Shown: piece after piece, positions 55,754 to 64,000 of the stretch | How positions within the stretch are numbered: the stretch's first letter is position 1 | Layout: the number at the start of each line of letters is the position of its first letter | Source: Carpediemonas membranifera BICM | Lineage: Eukaryota; Protista; Fornicata | Reading direction: 5' to 3' | NCBI GenBank assembly: GCA_019828565.1 | Contig: JAHDYR010000040.1 | Span: 1-64,000, forward strand | Length of the DNA stretch: 64,000 nt | Made by a program: the position numbers and the translations under genes | Notes under the pieces: generated by a model | Seen by the model: only the letters and a program-made list of their open reading frames with translations | What the model was told of the DNA's origin: nothing | Databases searched by the model: none

Positions 55754-56045
55754 TCACTTCTGCTGAGATATGAGGAGGACGTTCTCACCCTTGAGCAAGA
55801 TGGTACCGATGGGACGCTGGGTATCCTTCTTGCGGTTAACTTCTATAGCATCAGCAAGCGTGAGGTTCATGAACTCGTCGAAGCCGACAATGCGTCCCTT
55901 GATGAAGAAATCACGCATGTCTCTCAGCCAGACAGTAACGGTCTCTTTGTCCTTCAAATAGGAGTACACCTGGTTCTATGGAAGAATTTGGGATGAGTAA
56001 ACATACTATAGGTTCCAGGACGCCCTTTGCGCTTTTCCTGTTCAT
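55754..56045 (-). CDS. SNRPE: Small nuclear ribonucleoprotein SmE; 31-nt intron 55976-56006
   Basis: VLEPI|NQVYSYL..VTVWL..GRIVGFDEFMNLTLADA..ILLKGENV. Confidence 0.95.
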
Positions 56046-56206
56046 CGCTGCTGCCTCTGACCCGAGCTTCGAGTCGAAACAGAAGGAGGCCCAGAAGTTG
56101 ATGGAGGAGCACCCCCGCAGCCTTCGTCTGTAGCTCGGTGATCGTGGACGTCATACATCTGGCTATACCGGCTTCGTCCTGGATTCCCGCATTTTAAACT
56201 ATCAAC

Positions 56207-57541
56207 TCAATCGACTCTGCCTCGCTTGCCCTCGTGCGTCGGCTCAACTGGGATGTGCCGCACGACCTTCCCGAAGTTGTCATAGCTCTTTCCCGCCATG
56301 ACAGCGGCCTCGTCGCCCTCAGCGGCCTCCCTCACCTTCTCCATGGTGATCAGCCGCCGGCCATAGACCTCAGTGAGCTCCTGGAAGCAGTTGGACACAA
56401 GTCTGAGGGCAGGGTGGGTGGGCAAGTCGGCCTCGGTGTAGAACTCGACAATCACCGGCAGCCAGAAGACGATGCGGCCGCCCACGGTGAGGTGGGAGGC
56501 GGCGAACGCTAGGAGGGAGACCATCTGGTTGGCGATCGAAGTGCTCTTGTTTCGCGGCATGGAAGGCGTCTCGCCCTTCGGTTTCGCCGCTCCCGAGTCT
56601 ACTGTCTTCACAAAAGCACGCAGGCCATATGGTGGATCGCAAATGATTGAGTCAAATTTCCCGGACCAGATGTTGACCTTCATGTCGGCCCAGCCGATGG
56701 AGGGCCGGGGCAGGTGATAAAAGTCGAAGTTTGTGAGGATGTTCTTCTCTCTACGAACCCCGTGTCGCGTGTAAGCCCCGATTATCTTGATGTCGAGGTC
56801 AGTCCCCACACAAGTGCTGCCCCAGTGTGTCGCTGCGACGAGGATTGAGCCTGTGCCGACGAACGGGTCGAGGGTGAACGACCCCGGTCTCGCCCGGCCC
56901 ATGTTGCCCATGATCAGGGCGAGCTCGGCGTCCATGGAGGTCGGCCCGAGGAAGGGGCGCTTCTTGAGCGTGTATTTGTACGGCAGCTGGCGCTGGGCGG
57001 TGTGGAGGAGCATCCCCAGGAAGACGCGGGCGGGGGCTGTCAGCTTGGAGTTCTCGCCGTAGTGGTACATCGTCATGAACATCTTCTCGCCGTGCTTGAG
57101 GTCCACGGTGCCGAACTTGGGGGCGAGGAACGACAGCTTCTCGAAAGAGTCTCGCTTGTCAAAGAGAGACATCTTGCGGCCGAAAGTGAGGAGGTCGAAG
57201 GCCCATGTAGAGGTCTCTGGGAGGAACATCCGCGTGATCTCCTCGGCGCGTGGCCGGCACTGATCGGCAACGTCCTGGATGGAGTCGCCCACGGCCACGA
57301 ACTCATAGACCTCGTAGATGAGGACACAACGGCTACACACACGAGCAACATCGTCCCTAGGGTTCTCGCCTGTGAAGCGAAGAATGGCAAACGGCCGTTC
57401 AGGCGTGAGAGGTTCGTCAATCTCGTATTTCACGCCGTACATGGAAGTAACCGCTTCAAACTCGGGCATACGAAAGTCCAAGTGGAATTGGGCGAAGTGA
57501 ATGATGCACTTAAGCCCTGATTCGGCCGTAGGACTTGACAT
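56207..57541 (-). CDS. TRM11: tRNA m2G10 methyltransferase Trm11
   Basis: HLDFRMPEF, LKKRPFLGPTSMDAEL, DPFVGTGS, DPPYG. Confidence 0.93.
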   Translation of the reverse strand: MSSPTAESGLKCIIHFAQFHLDFRMPEFEAVTSMYGVKYEIDEPLTPERPFAILRFTGENPRDDVARVCSRCVLIYEVYEFVAVGDSIQDVADQCRPRAEEITRMFLPETSTWAFDLLTFGRKMSLFDKRDSFEKLSFLAPKFGTVDLKHGEKMFMTMYHYGENSKLTAPARVFLGMLLHTAQRQLPYKYTLKKRPFLGPTSMDAELALIMGNMGRARPGSFTLDPFVGTGSILVAATHWGSTCVGTDLDIKIIGAYTRHGVRREKNILTNFDFYHLPRPSIGWADMKVNIWSGKFDSIICDPPYGLRAFVKTVDSGAAKPKGETPSMPRNKSTSIANQMVSLLAFAASHLTVGGRIVFWLPVIVEFYTEADLPTHPALRLVSNCFQELTEVYGRRLITMEKVREAAEGDEAAVMAGKSYDNFGKVVRHIPVEPTHEGKRGRVD

Positions 57542-57777
57542 GGGCGGTGATCGTCGTATAGTCGTTCGAGTCGAATGAAATGGTAGCACAACCCCCGAAA
57601 TGCCCTCGAACAGTCGCGCCCAGCTGCAACCTCCACCATTGCGTTCTCAACTTTTGTGGCAACATCGCCATTATCGGCTGACTTCGGTATGTTTGGAGAG
57701 CAACAGGTGCTTGAGGACCCGGTTTGTCCTTTATAATGTATGATAGTAGTACGCTCTTGCATGTCCTGCCTCGCCAC

Positions 57778-58194
57778 TCAGTCGAGCGCGTCGAGCTTGG
57801 CCACCTGCTCGCCAAGCACAGCTGGTCCGTTGACTCGGCCAAACTTGCGGATAACTATCCCCTTGTGGTGCTCGATGGCTTTCTTGCGGCAGGACCTGAT
57901 GGTGCCGCCCTTATGGATCACGGTACAGGCGGGGAAGCGGTAGCGTAGGGAATCCTCCATCTCACTGACGGAAGCATGCGCTATGCGAAGAATAAACACC
58001 TGAAGCGCTGGATAATGGTATACTAGTTTCGTAAACCTGGATGTAAGCCCTTTAGCACGAGCCCCATGCCTTTGCAGCACCACATCATGCAGTTTCGCCA
58101 CAAGACGGGTATCTACCTCGTCTTTGGACATTGTTTCGGTATTCTTCTTGGGTGAATAGTCAATATAGAGGTATCTATACTTGTGCCGCACCAT
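57778..58194 (-). CDS. POP5: RNase P/MRP subunit Pop5
   Basis: MVRHKYRYLY; FILRIAH; HKGGTIRSC. Confidence 0.85.
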   Translation of the reverse strand: MVRHKYRYLYIDYSPKKNTETMSKDEVDTRLVAKLHDVVLQRHGARAKGLTSRFTKLVYHYPALQVFILRIAHASVSEMEDSLRYRFPACTVIHKGGTIRSCRKKAIEHHKGIVIRKFGRVNGPAVLGEQVAKLDALD

Positions 58195-58526
58195 ATGAAG
58201 GAAGGAGTGTTGCGAGCATTAAACTGCATTGGTGTCTAAGCAGACAACAGAAGCTTCTCCAGATATTAGAATGATGACATCCGACTTGCACTGTCCATGT
58301 AAACGATTACTCGTTCAATGGGCGCGTTTTATTAACGCTGTAGCAAATCTGACAATTCGGACAGTTCGGACGAAAATGACCCCCCCCCAAGGGTATGACT
58401 CCAGTGGGGGCTCCACGTCGCGGGCTGCCCTCCCGCATACACTCGCCAGTCCCAGCAGCTGCGGGGTTGTCCAAGTGTATCATCTAGGCTCAATGTCCCA
58501 GGTCCATCTGATGTCGCGCGGTAGTC

Positions 58527-58861
58527 TCATACTATCCACACGTTCCTAGCACTAACTCGGGTTCCACGCCGTACAAAGTGGCGCGGCTGTCCCGGTGTGC
58601 AGCAAGGGCCAGAGGCCAATGCAATCCCACGGGTCCGAAGACGTCGTGGCGCACAGCTAGGATTCTGACATCATATGATGATGCGGCGGACTTACCTTGT
58701 TGCCGCTCCAGGGTCCCGTCGGCGCACCTGATTGATGTTGTTTAGTTCGGCACCGTGGAGAGACCGAAACGAAGATAGCGAGAATAAATGCGATCTAGAC
58801 GTGTAGACGAAAGGGAGAACACGAAACAGCACCATAACAGCACCATAAGTGTGATGGACAT
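58527..58861 (-). CDS. Possible 91-aa protein with N-terminal hydrophobic segment; introns 58795-58822 (28 nt) and 58665-58695 (31 nt)
   Basis: Two GT-AG introns of the size typical for this window give one open frame, MSITLMVLLWCCF|IAFILAIFVSVS..NK|NPS..; no recognised homology. Confidence 0.35.
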
Positions 58862-58972
58862 GGATATCGGGAGGAACTTTTGTGCAAGACGAATTTGGCG
58901 AATATGTGCGAAAAAGATGACGAGTTCAACCGCTCGACGCTTTTAGTGATACAGGGCACGCCTCCACTTCTC

Positions 58973-59599
58973 CTACGCATCCACCTCTGGTCCGGGAGGC
59001 GGCAGTTTCATTGCAGGCATGGCTGAGGCGGTAAGATAGGCGGGCGTGGTGAACGGCGCCGTCTGGTTGAGCCGAGCCCTTGGCGTCGCCACATCGCTCG
59101 CAGCACTCCACATAGGGCTGGTCATGTATGGGGAGCCCTGCGGATGGAGGCGGGGCGACGGGGCGGTCTCCAGCTCTTCCCGTTTGTCAATGGGAAGGAA
59201 GTCGGGCTTGAAGTCGTAGTAGATGACCCCCTCTCGCAAATCACCGCCTGTGTTGGATCCCGCATAGCCGTGGTCCCTGAGCGTGCTGTTGTCGTCCGGG
59301 TATATGATGTTCTCTGGGTGAACCTGCTTCTTGTAGAGAACGACGCCGTTAATGGACCCACCGTGGCGGTCTTGGATCATTCGCCTGATCAGGAAGAGGG
59401 ATGTGTCTACGGGAACCCGGATAGTGAAGTCTAAATAGCTCCAGGAGACGAGGCGGATGTGTAGGAGGACAATTTCTGAGGACGGCACGTTAACAGGCTC
59501 GTAGCTGAAAGGTGGGCGCGCAGGGCCTGATTCCTTCTTGCTCTTCTTCCCTTTCTTGCCCTTCTTCTTTCCTTTCTTCTTGCCGCCCTTCTTCGGCAT
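58973..59599 (-). CDS. Hypothetical protein with lysine-rich N-terminus and ubiquitin-like core
   Basis: MPKKGGKKKGKKK; IRLVSWSYLDF..TSLFLIRRMIQDRHGG..STLRDHG. Confidence 0.7.
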   Translation of the reverse strand: MPKKGGKKKGKKKGKKGKKSKKESGPARPPFSYEPVNVPSSEIVLLHIRLVSWSYLDFTIRVPVDTSLFLIRRMIQDRHGGSINGVVLYKKQVHPENIIYPDDNSTLRDHGYAGSNTGGDLREGVIYYDFKPDFLPIDKREELETAPSPRLHPQGSPYMTSPMWSAASDVATPRARLNQTAPFTTPAYLTASAMPAMKLPPPGPEVDA

Positions 59600-59858
59600 C
59601 ACACGGTCGATGATTTGGCGAAAAACGTATCGTCACTGCGGGACAAGCATAGACATGCCACTCTGGATGTGTTGGCCAGGCGCGGTGTTGCAGCGGCGCA
59701 TGGGTCGATCATGTCTGTGCACGAGCCGCGGTTGATGACAATTCTTGAGGTCGACGGCACGGGCTATCGGCTCTATACAACTGAGAAGGCTTCTTGAAGA
59801 CTAGATAGCGACTACACACAACGAAGATATGACTACAAATCAAATCCTTTATGTCCAA

Positions 59859-61250
59859 TTATGAGTGTTCACTATTTTCCAGCGTTTGGGCGATCTGCTC
59901 GACCCGGGTGGCAATGTGTCTGCCGTATACGAAGTCCCGCATGGCCGGGAGCCGGGCCATCACGTAGTCGACCATGAAGCGGAGATCACGGGTCTCGGCC
60001 ACGTCGAGCATCTTCTGCACCACGTAGTTGCCGTACTTGTCCTTAACCAGTGCTCCAAGGACCTCGCCCTGGGGCGTTAGCAGCTCTGTGATGAGGGCCT
60101 GGCGGTGGGCGGGGGAGAACTCCAGACAGCACTCGATGACGTTCGAGGCGAACTTGTGCATCGAGAGCCGACCGACTTCGCCGTGAAGTGCTGCGACGAC
60201 GGCGGCTATATCCTCAGGCTGGCCCTTCTTGATCACATGGCTGACCACGTAGTTGCCAAACCGGTTCTCGGCCAGGGATATGGCGTTTTTGACGATCTCT
60301 GCAACGAGCGGGGCTGTCTGCTCTGTCGTGCCATACTCGAGAAGCCGCTGCAGCACGCGGCATGCGAATGAGTGGGTGGAAAGGGCGTTCACCTGGCCAG
60401 GCGAGGCCGCCGCGTCTGCGATGAACTGGAAGTCGGCCGGAGTTGCGTGGGTCAGGATGTTCTGGGCGACATGGTTGCCGTGCTGGTCCTTCATCACTGT
60501 GAGAATGTCTCCCCGGAGCTGCTGGAGGAAGGGGGCGTGGGATGCGGGGCAGAGCTCAATGATGCGCTGGACAACCCTGCAGCCATACATGTGGGTCGAA
60601 AGCTGGTACACGGTTGGGGTCAGCGTCGCGACAACGTCTCTCTGCTGGGCCGGTGTGGCTCTCTCGATGAACTTCTGCACGACGTAGTTACCGAAGGGGT
60701 CAGTCGAGAGGTCCGTGGCGTGCTCCTTCACCATGGGCAGCGCCAGGGCGAGCTCCGTCTCAGAGCACTCGTCAAAGCGCTGCTGCACGTATCTAGACCC
60801 GTTCTGGTCGGCTGACAGGGAGTGCAGCGTCTCGACCATCTCAGCAAACGGCATCGAGAGCGCCTTGTGCCCTGGCCCGTGTCTGTGGTCCCGGCCGCGG
60901 TGCTCCATGCGGACAGCGGCCTCGTGGGACTGTATGGCGTACATCATGGGCGGGTTGTGGTACATGTGGCCCATGGCGTACTGGAGCGGCGGGGAGCCGA
61001 TGCCGTTGAGACCAGGGGGGACAATCTCGCCGTACTGCACGGGTTCGGGGGACCAGACGTCGCGGGTACCTGGTGGTGATCCGACTACCTCCATGCCATC
61101 AAAAGCGGCAGGAACAGGAGGTGAACGGGCCTGATCAATGGGCATGCCCTGATCCATCATCATGGAAGGCATCATGATCGAGAAAGGACGCCAGTTTCCA
61201 ACGTTGTAGTAGTTAGTGTAGTAGTTAGGAACATTATTGTCCTGATCCAT
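59859..61250 (-). CDS. Pumilio/PUF RNA-binding protein
   Basis: Eight PUF repeats: SRYVQQ, NYVVQK, CRVVQR, NHVAQN, CRVLQR, NYVVSH, SNVIEC, NYVVQK. Confidence 0.96.
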   Translation of the reverse strand: MDQDNNVPNYYTNYYNVGNWRPFSIMMPSMMMDQGMPIDQARSPPVPAAFDGMEVVGSPPGTRDVWSPEPVQYGEIVPPGLNGIGSPPLQYAMGHMYHNPPMMYAIQSHEAAVRMEHRGRDHRHGPGHKALSMPFAEMVETLHSLSADQNGSRYVQQRFDECSETELALALPMVKEHATDLSTDPFGNYVVQKFIERATPAQQRDVVATLTPTVYQLSTHMYGCRVVQRIIELCPASHAPFLQQLRGDILTVMKDQHGNHVAQNILTHATPADFQFIADAAASPGQVNALSTHSFACRVLQRLLEYGTTEQTAPLVAEIVKNAISLAENRFGNYVVSHVIKKGQPEDIAAVVAALHGEVGRLSMHKFASNVIECCLEFSPAHRQALITELLTPQGEVLGALVKDKYGNYVVQKMLDVAETRDLRFMVDYVMARLPAMRDFVYGRHIATRVEQIAQTLENSEHS

Positions 61251-61576
61251 GAGGACGATCGTTTCAGCGTTTTGGCGAAACGCAGGCTAAGCCTTTTTTT
61301 CCAACCCACAAATTCTTTTCGCGACATACCTGCCCGAATGGACCTCAAGCAGGCTCGGGTTCGCTATAGGTGTTTTTTTACTCAGCCAATTTTATTCTTG
61401 AGCCATTGTTATGACTACAATCGACCGGCAGTATAAGCAAATAAATTGCTCGTCGACGCAACAGGCAGCAGGATGGTGCTGTCATGGGGGAGGGGGCTTT
61501 AGATATCCCACCCCTCCATCCCAGTTAGATCAGCCTTCAACGCCGCTGGAGTGGCTTACCTGTTTGTTTTCTGAAC

Positions 61577-62240
61577 CTACCTTCGTCTGTCCTTGAACCG
61601 GGCATCGACAGATATGGCGGCGACGGGTTGGGCTGTAGTCTGGCCGTGGCCATACCGGCTGAGCGAATCAGCTATGACGTTATCCTTCCCGGGAACGTGT
61701 GTGATTTCGAAGTCGGCTAGCGTCAGACGCCAGCGGAGGATCTTGTCGTTCGTCGCGGACTTGTAGATCATGTAGATCAGATTACGGTGGTCCGTTCTGA
61801 GGGTTACATGCTTCACGCGCAGAAGGTGGGTGAGGGAGGGGTGCGTGAAGGCGTATACGATGGCGAAAAGTTCCTGTTCGCAGGTAGCACATCTGGTCTG
61901 GGTGGGGGTGAACGTATGAGAGAAATAGGCCAGCACTTGTCTGCCCGAGTTGTCGTTGGGAGTCTGGTAGAGTACACCTCCGGCTCCGACATTGGAAGCG
62001 TCGGTCTCGAGGGTCCAAGGAAGGGACAAGTCTGGGTGAGCGATGAAGAGGTCATCGGTGAAGAGGGACTTAAGGGTGTTGAAAGCCTCAGTCTCGGCTG
62101 GGCCGAAGCTGAAGACGGCGTCCTTCTCTAGGAGAGCGGTAAGGGGCTTGAACAGCTCGTGGCGTTTCTCTGAGATGAATGAGGCAAAGGACTGGAACTT
62201 GCCGAGCACGGTCCTGAGCCCGTGGACATCAGTGGGAGGG
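61577..62240 (-). mobile_element. Gypsy RT thumb/RNase H remnant
   Basis: ETDASNVGAGGVLYQ, EQELFAIV, RTDHRNL, HVPGKDNVIADSLSR. Confidence 0.9.
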
Positions 62241-62572
62241 GAAGCTCTCGTAGGGCGCGGGTGCGCTCAGGGTCTACGTGAACTCCAGCCTTGTCGACAA
62301 TGAAACCAACTATGGGAGCCTCGGAATAGCCTATTCGGCACTTCTTTGCGCCTAGGCGTTGGCTTCTTCCAGGCGAGTGAGGGTGTCATCGAGAAGCTTG
62401 AGGAAAAGTTCCTCGGAGGAGTACATGAAGAGGTCATCGATGTACGGGTCAACCCCCTTATGGAGGATGGGCCCGAGGATAGTCTCGATGCCTCGCTGGA
62501 AATGCGACGGGGCATTGGCAAGCCCAAAAGGCTCTCAGAATTCGCAGGATAAGGATCAGAGCATAGTACAAC

Positions 62573-64000
62573 ATGGAAACGTTCAAGATCCTAAGCCTGA
62601 ACACTCAGGGGCACATAGGACGAGGAAAGGACTTCACGGCATCAATAGCAACAGCAATTCAAACCAAACTCAGAGACATTGAAGCGGTTTGTATACAAGA
62701 GACATGGAGAACAGCAAACACAAGAGTCCACAGCTTCATAGACTTCCAGTACGCTTTAGCAGGCAGAGAAACAGAGGAAACACTAGCAACAACGAACGAA
62801 AAGCGGAAAAGAGAGACCAGGTGCCAGCATCGCGTGAACAGACAACTGGGAATCACAGGTGACGACCCCCCTACACCCAAGTGGCACGGGACCAGAGAAG
62901 GCATCGGCACAATCGTAAGCCCGCATGCCAGAGCAACATGGGATGTCGGCATCACTGACAGCCTGTCAGGAAGAGTGCAGGCGAGTATTATGAGGACGAG
63001 CAGAGACATCATGGTAATCACAGTGTATGCACCCACTTCAGATAAAGGGAAGACAGTGAAAGATCAGTTCAGAGACAACATCCAAGAGATACTGGACATG
63101 AAAGGGGACATGGAAGCAATCATCATTGGGGACTGGAACATGGCCCCAGGGCCGGCACACGGAACCACCAGGTGGAAGGACGTTATGGACAAACACAAAC
63201 TCAGAGCAATCATACCAGAGAGGGGCACATTATCCAGTGGCAACACCACACCGGACTTCGCAATGGTCTCAGAGGGAATCAGGAAAGCAGAGATTCAAGT
63301 GGTCAGCTCGACAGTGCTGGGAGTATGGGGGTCGGCCCACAAAGGGGTCAAGCTTGCCTGGGAAGAACCCCGATACAGAGCCAACAGAGACGATGACAGT
63401 GGCCTGGAAATGCCAGGAGTGCACACATGGAATATGGAAGAGAGGGAGGGCCACACAACAATCAAGGAGCTAGACAGAAACGGATCGATAGATCAGTGGG
63501 AGGAGACAATCAGAGCCTGCCTGGGGGAACCAGCCGGGGAGAAGAGAGCCAAACCACGAGAGCAGATAGTACAAGACAGCGCATGGGCCGACCTCCATGA
63601 AACAGAATGGTCAGAAGCAGGCAACAAGGTGAGGACGAGACTAATGAACAGCGAACTGAAGAAGTGCTGGGACAAACGCAGAGAAGAGTGGATAGCCGAC
63701 CTCAGCAAGAGCACAAGAGAGGGATACAAAGCATCGAGATCAATGGTAGAGGCTGCAGTCAGAAGATGGTGGTGCGACAACCAGTACAAAAGGGATGCCT
63801 GGCAGCCTGCTCAAGGACGGAATGATCACCACGGACAAGGCCACGATCAGTGAAATCCTGCTTAAGCAGTATGCGAAGGTAAGTAGAGGCAGAGAACCAG
63901 AGTGGAAGGAGTGGCCTGGCATAGGAGGGGACGAATTCTCCAAGGAGGAAGTGAGAGCAGCCATCAGTAAGATTAAGAGAGACACAGCCCCGGGCCCAGA
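62573..64000 (+). mobile_element. Non-LTR retrotransposon (LINE) ORF2: APE endonuclease leading into RT; frameshift near 63790; runs off window end
   Basis: LSLNTQG, CIQET, VYAPT, IIGDWN, TPDF, SAHKGV; shifted frame FSKEEVRAAISKIKRDTAPGP. Confidence 0.92.

Noticed and set aside
58271-58352. ATGATGA...CTGA pair suggesting a second C/D snoRNA
   Set aside because: No convincing terminal stem and no recognisable rRNA guide.
908-61134. Many long plus-strand ORFs (e.g. 908-1993, 3714-4874, 39616-40488, 42421-43200)
   Set aside because: Antisense shadows of GC-rich minus-strand genes with no recognisable motifs.
1-64000. Alternative genetic code (TAA/TAG read as Gln), CRISPR arrays, rRNA
   Set aside because: Conserved genes end at TAA, TAG and TGA at the expected places; no spacer-repeat arrays or rRNA motifs seen.

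Overview
Gene-dense, GC-rich eukaryotic DNA in the standard genetic code, from a flagellated protist (BBS5, SPEF1, DNAAF2). Compact genes, 28-42 nt spliceosomal introns and an anaerobe-type glutamine synthetase suggest a free-living metamonad, possibly Carpediemonas-like; this is inference, not a database match. About 35 host genes are present and every one lies on the minus strand. They include TFIIB, an HMG-box protein, RPAP1, proteasome alpha5, SMPDL3, DET1, apyrase, IPK, RapGAP, Mdm34-like, SF3A2, PAP2, Sas10, DCN1, UAP1, NUFIP1, Rpn7, LMBR1, SmE, Trm11, Pop5 and a PUF protein. Retroelements fill many intergenic spaces and are mostly on the plus strand, antisense to the genes: a DIRS remnant, several deletion-shredded Ty3/gypsy pieces, a LINE, and one intact, apparently recent chromodomain gypsy element (12146-17455, identical 124 bp LTRs, GAGC TSD). 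That element has a perfect 12 bp palindrome where a tRNA primer-binding site should be, and about 1 kb of densely hairpinned non-coding 3' sequence. Family assignments come from motifs I recognise, not from searches.
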